Shown: positions 8,196 through 16,063 of the stretch, one piece after another
How the letters are laid out: the number at the start of each line of letters is the position of its first letter
How positions within the stretch are numbered: position 1 is the stretch's first letter
Program-made: the position numbers and the translations under genes
Notes under the pieces: generated by a model
What the model saw: the letters and a program-made list of their open reading frames with translations, nothing else
The model's database searches: none
What the model was told of the DNA's origin: nothing
Source of the DNA: an uncultured Chloroflexia bacterium
Lineage (GTDB): Bacteria > Chloroflexota > Anaerolineae > Anaerolineales > Anaerolineaceae
Length of the DNA: 32,000 nucleotides
NCBI GenBank assembly: GCA_963704755.1
Contig: OY969938.1
Span: 3,930,001-3,962,000, forward strand
Direction: 5' to 3'

Positions 8196-9011
8196 GTGTC
8201 TTCGATTACTACCGATCAAGGCAATTTACATTACGAAGTTTACGGCCGGGGCAAGCCGGTGATATTGCTGCACGGCTGGTTGGGTTCATGGGGCTTGTGG
8301 CAGGAGACCATGGCCTATTTGGGCCAGTATTACCGCACCTACGCGCTTGATTTCTGGGGGTTTGGTGAATCGGGTACTCACCTGAATACCTACAAAGTGG
8401 CCGATTTCGTCTCGCTGGTCAACCAGTTCATGGACCAGTTGGGCATTGTCAGCGCACCGCTGGTGGGCCACAGCATGGGTGGGACGGTCAGCCTGGCCGT
8501 GGCCATCCGCTACCCCGAGCGGGTCGAGAAAGTGACCATCATTGGTTCGCCGGTGGTAGGCTCTTCGCTGGCTCCAATGCTCAAGGTGGCCGGTTACCGT
8601 CCGGTGGCCTGGTCGCTGTTCACCTTTTTTTCCTTATTCCGTAAAGCCATGCGGGTGGCCTCGCCGTCCATTTGCCGCGACCCGCGTTTCCCGGATATGA
8701 TGGACCGGGACCTTTCCAGGACCAACCTGGAATCATTCCTGCTCAGTATCGCTTCGCTGCGCCGCACGGATTTGCGCAGCCAGGTGCCGCAAATCAACGT
8801 CCCGGTGATGGGTATGTTCGGTCACCAGGATAATATCGTCAGCCCGAATGAATGGAAAACCTTACAGAAAGGATTGCCGGCAGCGCGAATTGAACGGTTC
8901 GCCCAGGCCGGCCATTTTATAATGTTAGACGAACCGCAAGTTTTTACTCATACTTTGCGTGACTTTTTGAACTCTACTCCAAAAAAGGAATTGATCGTCA
9001 ATGAAAACTGA
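8196..9011 (+). CDS. Alpha/beta-fold hydrolase (intact Ser-Asp-His triad)
   Basis: GTG start. It has an HGW oxyanion region, the nucleophile elbow GHSMGG (Ser codon AGC at 8472-8474), GHQDNIV (acid) and AGHFIMLDEP (His). Confidence 0.85.
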   Translation: MSSITTDQGNLHYEVYGRGKPVILLHGWLGSWGLWQETMAYLGQYYRTYALDFWGFGESGTHLNTYKVADFVSLVNQFMDQLGIVSAPLVGHSMGGTVSLAVAIRYPERVEKVTIIGSPVVGSSLAPMLKVAGYRPVAWSLFTFFSLFRKAMRVASPSICRDPRFPDMMDRDLSRTNLESFLLSIASLRRTDLRSQVPQINVPVMGMFGHQDNIVSPNEWKTLQKGLPAARIERFAQAGHFIMLDEPQVFTHTLRDFLNSTPKKELIVNEN

Positions 9012-9600
9012 CCAGATATATTCGAACCGCGTTACCACTTGCGTGCTGGAAGGGGTCAGGGAGATCATCGGCCCGGAGGAATTGGCCAATGCAGTAGCCA
9101 AATCGGACATGGATCAACTCATGTCGCCGGAGGAAACAACTCTGCGCCTTTCAGCAATCCGGGCGCTGCATTCGATCTTCCTCAACCGGTTTGGTTCACT
9201 GCCCGTGCAGGGCATTGCGCGCCAGTCCGGGCGTTCCTTTTTTAATTATTTCTTGAAATTTTATGGGAAAGAAGCCGGGTTCGAGGAGTTGGAATTCCGT
9301 CTGCTGCCGCCCCGCCAGCGCATTCTGGCCGGGTTGAAGTCGTTGGCGCAGGTGGTTGGCCGCGAGTGCCACTGCCCCGTGGACGTCAGCGAGCAAGAAA
9401 GCAAATGGGTCTGGAAGATGAATTATCTGCCGGGTATCGAAAAGGGGGGCAAGGACCAGTGCCAGTTCACCCAGGGCGTGCTGCAAGGGTATTTGACCTG
9501 GATTAGCGGCGGAAAATATTACCCGGTGGAAGAATGCAACGAAGCCATTGAAGGCCAAACGGCCTTCGTGATCGAAATCGCCCAGCAGCCCATCGATTAG
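9001..9600 (+). CDS. V4R (4-vinyl reductase)-like domain protein
   Basis: The ATG overlaps the upstream gene by 11 nt. The C-terminal CQFTQGVLQGYLTWISGGKYYPVEECNEAIEGQTAFVIEI fits the V4R pattern C-x-F-x2-G-x3-G...E-x2-C-x5-G-x3-(C)-F, with the last Cys replaced by Ala. Confidence 0.55.
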   Translation: MKTDQIYSNRVTTCVLEGVREIIGPEELANAVAKSDMDQLMSPEETTLRLSAIRALHSIFLNRFGSLPVQGIARQSGRSFFNYFLKFYGKEAGFEELEFRLLPPRQRILAGLKSLAQVVGRECHCPVDVSEQESKWVWKMNYLPGIEKGGKDQCQFTQGVLQGYLTWISGGKYYPVEECNEAIEGQTAFVIEIAQQPID

Positions 9601-9612
9601 GCCAGGCAAAGG

Positions 9613-10890
9613 ATGCTCAAGATCATCTTGCAAAGCCCGCGGGTGTTGAAGCCGTTCAACGAGCGGGCGCGCGACTTGCGCATCCTCAACAAACCGTTGT
9701 GGTTGGCTCAGCGCGACGTGCTGGCGCCCTATACCACGCGCGAACTTGAGCTGGCTCCCGCGGCACGGCTTCCGCAAACCCAGGAGCCCTGCCTGGTTTA
9801 CCGGGATAACCTCTATTTCGATGCGGGCTATATTGCGGCCTTCCTGGAAAAGGCCCGCAGCCTGCCGCACGCCTCGCGGGCGGCTTTTTCAGCTGGTGAC
9901 CGGGCTTTCAAGGAGCACTGCCTGCCCCTTTCGGATTCATACGTGCCCTCGGGCGAGGTTTACCTGGCGGATTTATGGTATTACCCGCACGGCCCAACCT
10001 CCAGCGCGGAGCCGCTGGTGATCGACCTGCAGGCACGCGAAATTGGCTATTACCACGTGCCCACCTACATGGCTTACGATGCCGGTGATCTGGTTTATCA
10101 GGTGCCGCTGCGCAGCCTGATCGCGATCAACTCGTGGGTGCACGTGTTTGTGGCCGATACCATCTTTGGCCTGTTCGGGCGCGGCGCGCGCTTCGAGGAC
10201 CGCTTGAATAAGGATCCTTTTTTTAAACTGGGCGTCCTGGGAGCCGCGGTGATGGAGGGCAAGCAGGTATTGGAATGTTCGCGGCTGGTACACGTCGGCC
10301 GCAACTGCTCGATCGACCCTTCGGCGGTCATCCACGGGCCGACCAGCCTGGGCGACAACGTTACGGTTGGAGCCGGGGCGGTGATCGAAAACTGTATCAT
10401 CGGCGATAACGTCAATATTTCGCAGGGCTGCCAGTTGATGATTTCGGTCGTGGGCGACGGTACGTTTTTACCCTTCCGGGCCGCGTTATTTATGACCACA
10501 ATCATGGATAACAGCATGATCGCGCAAAACACCTGCCTGCAGATGTGCGTGATCGGGCGCAACTCCTTTATCGGCGCCGGGACGACGTTTACCGATTACA
10601 ACCTGGTGCCGGTGCCCATCCGCGCCCGCGATGCGAACGGGGAGCTGCGGCCATCCAACCGGCCGGTGCTGGGCGGTTGCGTGGGGCATAACTGCCGCAT
10701 CGGTTCGGGGATGCTGATCTACCCGGCCCGCACGATCGAATCGGACGTGGTTTTGTTTGCCTCCAAAGATCGCCGGGTCATCGACCGGGATGTACATTTC
10801 GAGGAAAGCGATCATCATGCCCTGTCCTCCGGGTATCTGCATCCGCGTCTGTATCCGCGGCCGGGGGAGGGCAGGCCGGAAGAGTGGTGA
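9613..10890 (+). CDS. Left-handed beta-helix (hexapeptide-repeat) protein with degenerate nucleotidyltransferase-like N-domain
   Basis: Residues ~230-390 show successive [LIV]-G-x4 hexapeptide turns (IHGPTSLGDNVTVGAGAVIENCIIGDNVNISQGCQL..., VIGRNSFIGAGT, VGHNCRIGSGMLI). The N-terminal ~200 aa lack a GxGTR-type signature. Confidence 0.7.
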   Translation: MLKIILQSPRVLKPFNERARDLRILNKPLWLAQRDVLAPYTTRELELAPAARLPQTQEPCLVYRDNLYFDAGYIAAFLEKARSLPHASRAAFSAGDRAFKEHCLPLSDSYVPSGEVYLADLWYYPHGPTSSAEPLVIDLQAREIGYYHVPTYMAYDAGDLVYQVPLRSLIAINSWVHVFVADTIFGLFGRGARFEDRLNKDPFFKLGVLGAAVMEGKQVLECSRLVHVGRNCSIDPSAVIHGPTSLGDNVTVGAGAVIENCIIGDNVNISQGCQLMISVVGDGTFLPFRAALFMTTIMDNSMIAQNTCLQMCVIGRNSFIGAGTTFTDYNLVPVPIRARDANGELRPSNRPVLGGCVGHNCRIGSGMLIYPARTIESDVVLFASKDRRVIDRDVHFEESDHHALSSGYLHPRLYPRPGEGRPEEW

Positions 10891-10906
10891 GGGGAAGTAA
10901 AAAGTA

Positions 10907-10934
10907 ATTAGTAAATAGAGATTAGTAAATAGAG
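10907..10934 (+). repeat. Tandem duplication (attagtaaatagag)x2, related to the purine-rich arms at 4571 and 31271
   Basis: Two exact 14-nt units sit head to tail. They are followed by a 12-bp stem hairpin at 10935-10961 (atcaggggccgg ttt ccggtctctgat, with two G-T pairs). Confidence 0.8.
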
Positions 10935-11159
10935 ATCAGGGGCCGGTTTCCGGTCTCTGATGATTATCATCCAAGGTAAAGGTAAAGGTACTCCTTTCGA
11001 GTAAGAAACCCGCATTTGAGTGTAGTACCTCAAATGCGAGGGCTCCAAGACATAAGCCTGAAAAGTTGTGATCCAAGTTTATTTAATGCGTTTGGTTGCC
11101 GGGTTCCTATGACGGGAATATTGCCTTAGAAAGCCAGGGGAAATTGCCTTGAAAATGGC

Positions 11160-11189
11160 TTGACAAAAGGTTTCTAATCTCTCTATAAT
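11160..11189 (+). promoter_or_regulatory. Consensus sigma-70-type promoter (TTGACA-18 nt-TATAAT)
   Basis: TTGACA is at 11160-11165 and TATAAT at 11184-11189. Both hexamers are perfect, and the promoter lies 39 nt upstream of the LacI-family ATG. Confidence 0.65.
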
Positions 11190-11191
11190 AA

Positions 11192-11216
11192 AGCAATCGA
11201 TTGCGCAAACGTTTGC
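11192..11216. promoter_or_regulatory. Two adjacent perfect 12-bp palindromes; LacI-family operator candidates
   Basis: GCAATCGATTGC is at 11192-11203 and GCAAACGTTTGC at 11205-11216, immediately downstream of the -10. The second conforms to the LacI/PurR/CcpA-type core (A-A-N-C-G-N-T-T). Confidence 0.65.
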
Positions 11217-11227
11217 TAAAGGCGAAT

Positions 11228-12247
11228 ATGACTTCGATCCCCACAATCCATGATGTTGCCAGATTAGCAGGTGTTTCTACAACCACCGTGTCCCATATCA
11301 TCAACGGGACGCGGTATGTAAGCGATGAGCTAAAGGAACGGGTGGACAAGGCCATTGCCGATTTGGGCTACCGGCCTAACAGCCTGGCCAGGGGGCTGCG
11401 CAGGGGGGAAAGTAAAACCATCGGGTTGATTGTACCGGATAACTCGAACCCATTTTTTGCCGAAATTTTACGCTCTATCGAAAGTATCGGCTATTCCAAC
11501 GGCTATGCGGTAATTCTTTGTAATAGCGATGGCGACATCGAAAAAGAAGTCGCCTATACGGATTTGCTGGTGGCCAAGCAGGTGGACGGCATTGTGTTCA
11601 TCACCACCAACAATTCCTATGAACACTTGCAGCAAATCACGGCTGCTGGGATCCCGATCATCGTCATCGATCGCGATATCCCCCTTAAAGGAACGGATGT
11701 CTTATTGGTCGATAATTTCCAGGGCGGGTATGATGCGACCCGCTATTTGATTAGCCTGGGCCACCGCCGGATCGCCTGTATCACCGGCCCATCCCGGCTC
11801 ACCCCAAGCGCGGATCGGGTCAACGGTTACAAAAAGGCGCTTAATGAGGTAGCCATAGCGGAGATTCCGGGGTATATTGTGGCCGGTGATTTCCAGTTCC
11901 AGGGCGGCGAGAATGGCGTCGAGCAGCTCCTGAGCCTGGACCCGCGCCCGACCGCGATCTTTGCCTGCAACGATATGATGGCCCTGGGGGCCATGCGCGG
12001 ACTGCGTAAAGCCAACCTGGCGATTCCACGGGATATCTCGGTGATCGGTTTTGACGATATTGCCCTCACATCGGTCGTTTCGCCGGCACTTTCGTCGGTC
12101 GCCCAGCCGATCCAAAGGATAAGCGAGCTGGCTTTCGACCTTTTGATCCACCGCATTCAAAAGAAAGATACCGAATTTGAAGATAAGCGCATTGTTTTAC
12201 CCACACAGCTCGTCATTCGTGATTCCTGTAAAAATATCGGAGAGTAA
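11228..12247 (+). CDS. LacI-family transcriptional repressor
   Basis: N-terminal HTH TIHDVARLAGVSTTTVSHIINGTRYVS...YRPNSLARGLR followed by a periplasmic-binding-protein-like sugar-binding core. I chose the ATG at 11228 because the TTG at 11201 lies inside the operator. Confidence 0.9.
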   Translation: MTSIPTIHDVARLAGVSTTTVSHIINGTRYVSDELKERVDKAIADLGYRPNSLARGLRRGESKTIGLIVPDNSNPFFAEILRSIESIGYSNGYAVILCNSDGDIEKEVAYTDLLVAKQVDGIVFITTNNSYEHLQQITAAGIPIIVIDRDIPLKGTDVLLVDNFQGGYDATRYLISLGHRRIACITGPSRLTPSADRVNGYKKALNEVAIAEIPGYIVAGDFQFQGGENGVEQLLSLDPRPTAIFACNDMMALGAMRGLRKANLAIPRDISVIGFDDIALTSVVSPALSSVAQPIQRISELAFDLLIHRIQKKDTEFEDKRIVLPTQLVIRDSCKNIGE

Positions 12248-12250
12248 TTA

Positions 12251-13156
12251 ATGTCGGAAATCGTCGTTCTTGGCAGCCTGAATATGGATTTATCGGTTAA
12301 CGTTCCCAGGATTCCTTTACCAGGCGAAACGATCAGTGGCGGTGGCCTGGCGACCAGCGCAGGGGGTAAAGGAGCCAATCAGGCAGCGGCCTGCGCACGG
12401 CTCGGCAGGCAGGTGACTATGGTGGGGTGCGTGGGAAAGGATGATTTTGGCGCGCGCATTAAAGAGAACCTGTCCGCAATGGGAGTTGATATAACCCATG
12501 TGAATGAAGAAGAAGCTGCCCCCACCGGCACCGCGATGATCTTGATCGATGCCAGGGGGGAGAACTGTATCGTTTTATCGCCAGGGGCCAACCAGTTGGT
12601 CAGGATCGACGCGCATACGGCGGAGTTGATCAAAAACGCAAAATTATTATTGCTCCAATTCGAAATCGCGAGCGAGGTCGTCTTCGAGGCGATCGAAATT
12701 GCTAACCGGGCAGGGGTTACAGTGTTATTGAATCCGGCTCCTGCGATCCCCTTACCGGACGATATATACAAAAAAGTAGATTATTTGATCCCCAACGAGG
12801 TCGAAGCTTTTCAGTTGACCGGTGTTCAGGTCACCGACCTCTCTTCTGCGCAAAAAGCAGCCCAAATATTGTTGGGGCACGGCACCCCGACGGTGATTAT
12901 TACCCTGGGAGCGGAAGGCGCATTACTGGCTACATCCGAGCGGATGGTCCATATCCCCGGGCTAAAAATCGACGCGGTTGACACCACCGGGGCAGGCGAT
13001 GCCTTTATCGGTGGATTTGCATCCGCTTTGTTGGAAGGAGAGGGGATCGATTATGCCCTCAAGATTGCTTCGACGGCTGGAGCCCTGGCAGCCATGCATA
13101 CCGGCGCTCAATCCAGCCTGCCGACTCGTCAGGAAGTCATTGCATTCCTGAAATAA
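12251..13156 (+). CDS. rbsK: Ribokinase (PfkB family)
   Basis: VVLGSLNMD, GGKGANQA and the DTTGAGDAF anion-hole/catalytic motif. The gene starts 3 nt after the lacI-family stop. Confidence 0.85.
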   Translation: MSEIVVLGSLNMDLSVNVPRIPLPGETISGGGLATSAGGKGANQAAACARLGRQVTMVGCVGKDDFGARIKENLSAMGVDITHVNEEEAAPTGTAMILIDARGENCIVLSPGANQLVRIDAHTAELIKNAKLLLLQFEIASEVVFEAIEIANRAGVTVLLNPAPAIPLPDDIYKKVDYLIPNEVEAFQLTGVQVTDLSSAQKAAQILLGHGTPTVIITLGAEGALLATSERMVHIPGLKIDAVDTTGAGDAFIGGFASALLEGEGIDYALKIASTAGALAAMHTGAQSSLPTRQEVIAFLK

Positions 13157-13240
13157 TAACGGAATTCCCGGGAGGTGCCATTCGAAAACAGACCTTCTAT
13201 CGTTCGTTCTGCAACTCATTATTTTCCTAAGGAGATAAAA

Positions 13241-14260
13241 ATGAAGAAGACGATTTTTGCAATACTTGCTGCAGTTCTCGTAGTTAGCCTTATAGGCTGT
13301 TCTTCTGCAGCCCCAACGCAAAAGACTCAGAAGGTGGTCTATCTGATCAACGGCGCGTTGGGCGATAATGCCTTTTACGATTCGGGCCAAAAAGGCATCG
13401 ATAAGCTGGCGAAAGATTATGGCGCCGAAACCCGCACGATCGAGGCTAATTTTGACGCCGGCCAGTACGAACCTGCGCTGGAAGCGGCCGTAAATTATGC
13501 CGATGTTATTTTCGTGATCTCCTACGGTTTCGAAGATCAATTGAAAGAATATGCCGATAAATACCCCGATAAAGTCTTTGTCAACCTGGATACCGTCGTC
13601 CAGAATGATAAAAATACAATCACCTCGGTCGATTTCATCGAGGAAGAATCCGCCTACCTGGCCGGGGTTGCGGCTGCTTACGCCACCACGGACACCAGCC
13701 TGGCCAACATCAACCCCGATAAGATGATCGGCGTTGTGGCCGGCGATTCCGACCCGGTTACCGAGGCCTTCATTTTTGCCTATACAAACGGGGCAAAATC
13801 GGTTGACCCCGCTATCGACGTCGAGACAAAATACATCAATAGCTGGGACGACACCGCCAAAGCCAAACAGGCGACCTTGCAGCTCTTCGATATGGGCGCC
13901 GACGTCGTCTTCCAGGTCGCTTCGGCGGCCGGTATGGGTGTCTTGCAGGCTGCCGGCGAGCGCGGATTGTACGCCATTGGTGCCGACACCAACCAGAACG
14001 ACCTCGTCCCCGGCCATGTCATTGCCAGCGATATCAAAGACGTCGGCCAGGCGATCTATGAGGTTTATCAAACCATCCAGGATAACACCTACAAACCCGG
14101 CGAGACCCTGCAATATGGCCTGGCCAAAGGTGGCGTGGACATCGATATGAGCGCAACCGCTCCGGTGCTCTCGCAGGACATTCAGGATAAGGTCAATGCG
14201 GTCCGCCAGGATATCATCGACGGCAAGGTAAAAATCGAACTGTATACAACCGCCGGCTAA
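13241..14260 (+). CDS. BMP-family (Med/PnrA/NupN-like) ABC transporter substrate-binding lipoprotein
   Basis: AAGGAG Shine-Dalgarno at 13229-13234. The signal peptide has a lipobox (LIGC). GALGDNAFYDSGQKGI is typical of the BMP family. Confidence 0.85.
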   Translation: MKKTIFAILAAVLVVSLIGCSSAAPTQKTQKVVYLINGALGDNAFYDSGQKGIDKLAKDYGAETRTIEANFDAGQYEPALEAAVNYADVIFVISYGFEDQLKEYADKYPDKVFVNLDTVVQNDKNTITSVDFIEEESAYLAGVAAAYATTDTSLANINPDKMIGVVAGDSDPVTEAFIFAYTNGAKSVDPAIDVETKYINSWDDTAKAKQATLQLFDMGADVVFQVASAAGMGVLQAAGERGLYAIGADTNQNDLVPGHVIASDIKDVGQAIYEVYQTIQDNTYKPGETLQYGLAKGGVDIDMSATAPVLSQDIQDKVNAVRQDIIDGKVKIELYTTAG

Positions 14261-14275
14261 TATCCCTATGCTGGC

Positions 14276-14314
14276 GCCGTTATGGGGCCCAATGTCTGCG
14301 GGCCCCATAACGGC
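14276..14314 (+). promoter_or_regulatory. Stable intra-operon stem-loop after the binding-protein gene
   Basis: gccgttatggggccc / gggccccataacggc forms a perfect 15-bp stem with a 9-nt loop, 16 nt after the stop at 14260. There is no U-tract. Confidence 0.6.
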
Positions 14315-14358
14315 AAGTATTCCTGAATTCATCGGACCTGCTATTTATTTAAAAATTG

Positions 14359-14411
14359 CCGAATTTGAGGTATATGCGGGGGCATCGCCCCCGCATATAC
14401 CTCAAATTCGG
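14359..14411. repeat. Long perfect palindrome (25-bp arms), member of the ccgaatYtgaggt...acctcaRattcgg family
   Basis: ccgaatttgaggtatatgcgggggc atc gcccccgcatatacctcaaattcgg. The outer arms are shared with 19656-19708 and 30021-30070. Confidence 0.9.
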
Positions 14412-14518
14412 GGTTCTCAGTTCTTATCACGCCAAGCCGCCAAAGAATAAAAAAATCATCCGTGGGATCCGGATGGATCGCGTCAGGTTGAAAAACCGGG
14501 GCGCAGGAGTCCCAATAT

Positions 14519-16063
14519 ATGGAAACCCTTATCGAAATGAAAGATATCGTCAAAGTTTTCCCGCCCAACGTGGTTGCTTTAGACGATGTCACAACCGATT
14601 TCCGCAAAGGTGAGATACACGCCATTGTTGGTGAAAATGGCGCCGGAAAAAGCACCCTGATGAAGGTGCTTTACGGCCTGGAATCGAAAAACGGTGGAGA
14701 AATTTTCTTTCATGGACAGCCTGTACATTATAAAGACCCTGGAGAAGCCATTGCGGCCGGGATCGGCATGGTGCACCAGGAGATTCTGCTCATCCAGGAA
14801 TATACGATCTGGCAAAACATTGTATTGGGCATCGAGCCGGTCGGGATTTTTGGCACGATAAACCAGGCTCAAGCCCGCCGCGCGGTCCAGGAAAAAATAG
14901 CTGAATTTAAGTTCAACCTGAATCCGGATGATTTGGTCCAGGATATTTCTGTGGCAGCCAGGCAAAAGGTTGAGATTCTTAAGCTGCTTTATCGCAACGT
15001 GGAAATTTTGATTCTGGACGAGCCGACCGCCGTGTTGACCCCACAAGAAATTCCGCAATTATTTTCTGAGTTACAACGTCTGCGCAATTCGGGAAAGACG
15101 ATTTTGTTTATTTCGCACCACCTGGACGAAGTGCTTACCCTCAGCGACCGGATCACCGTGATGCGTAAAGGCAAAAAGGTCGCGACCGTCGAAACGAGCC
15201 AAACCAATAAAGAAGACCTGGCCAAAATGATGGTTGGGCGGAATGTGCTTTTTCTTTCACAACGCGATCAGAAGCAGCCTGGTCCGGTTGTCTTTTCAGT
15301 CGAAAACTTGAACTATACCGATGGGAATCAGCACAAACGATTGGACGATGTGAACCTGCGGGTCCGCTCTGGCGAAATCGTAGGTATCGCCGGTGTGGAA
15401 GGGAACGGCCAATTGGAGCTGGTGAATTGCATTATGGGCCTGGCTCAGCCAACCTCTGGCAAGATGTTGGTGCAAGAAAAAGATTTAACCAAAGCAGAGA
15501 TTTTGGAGCGGCGCAAATCGATCTCGTTCGTATCCCAGGATCGCAGCAAAATGAGCGCGTCGGTCAAGGCCTCGATCACCGATAATGTGATGATGACCCA
15601 CCACCGCTTGAATAAACACTTCACCCGCTGGAACGGCCTGATCCTGGATTATCAATATTCTCGCCAGTTCACCCGCGATATCGAGCAGCAATTCAATGTC
15701 AGTATGGGGTCGATCGACAATCCCTTCAAATCGCTTTCAGGCGGGAACCAGCAAAAAGTAATTTTGGGCCGTGAATTATTACTGGACACGCCCTTTTTAT
15801 TGTTGGACCAGCCTACCCGCGGCCTGGACGTCGGTTCTATCGAATACGTCCACGAACTGATCTTGAAAATGCGCGCTCAAGACCGCGCGATCCTCTTGAT
15901 TTCTGCCGACCTGGAAGAATTGTTTCGCATTTCAGACCGGATTGTGGTGATGCATCGCGGCAAGATCGTAGCCGACCTTTCCACCGAGAAAACCGACGTG
16001 GACCAGGTTGGCTACTTGATGCTGGAAGGAAAGGACAAAGAAAATGCGAATGAAATTCGTTAA
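14519..16063 (+). CDS. ABC transporter ATP-binding protein, duplicated NBD (sugar/nucleoside type, NupO/RbsA-like)
   Basis: Walker [10 protein letters not shown], Walker B ILILDEPT, a second NBD with LSGGNQQKV and [11 protein letters not shown], and a degenerate second P-loop GVEGNGQ as in this family. AGGAG lies 9 nt upstream. Confidence 0.9.
   Translation: METLIEMKDIVKVFPPNVVALDDVTTDFRKGEIHAIVGENGAGKSTLMKVLYGLESKNGGEIFFHGQPVHYKDPGEAIAAGIGMVHQEILLIQEYTIWQNIVLGIEPVGIFGTINQAQARRAVQEKIAEFKFNLNPDDLVQDISVAARQKVEILKLLYRNVEILILDEPTAVLTPQEIPQLFSELQRLRNSGKTILFISHHLDEVLTLSDRITVMRKGKKVATVETSQTNKEDLAKMMVGRNVLFLSQRDQKQPGPVVFSVENLNYTDGNQHKRLDDVNLRVRSGEIVGIAGVEGNGQLELVNCIMGLAQPTSGKMLVQEKDLTKAEILERRKSISFVSQDRSKMSASVKASITDNVMMTHHRLNKHFTRWNGLILDYQYSRQFTRDIEQQFNVSMGSIDNPFKSLSGGNQQKVILGRELLLDTPFLLLDQPTRGLDVGSIEYVHELILKMRAQDRAILLISADLEELFRISDRIVVMHRGKIVADLSTEKTDVDQVGYLMLEGKDKENANEIR

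Noticed and set aside
9196-9870. 224-aa minus-strand ORF
   Set aside because: It is antisense across the V4R-like/LbH gene junction and has no motifs. The plus-strand genes have start codons, coupling and domain signatures.
11201-11227. TTG-initiated extension of the LacI-family ORF
   Set aside because: The extension covers the palindromic operator directly after the -10 box. The canonical HTH begins right after the ATG at 11228, which has an AAAGG Shine-Dalgarno.
12962-14332. 456-aa minus-strand ORF
   Set aside because: It is entirely antisense to the well-supported rbsK and BMP lipoprotein genes. The translation is low-complexity (Gly/Asp/Ile-rich) with no recognisable motifs, which is a typical shadow ORF.
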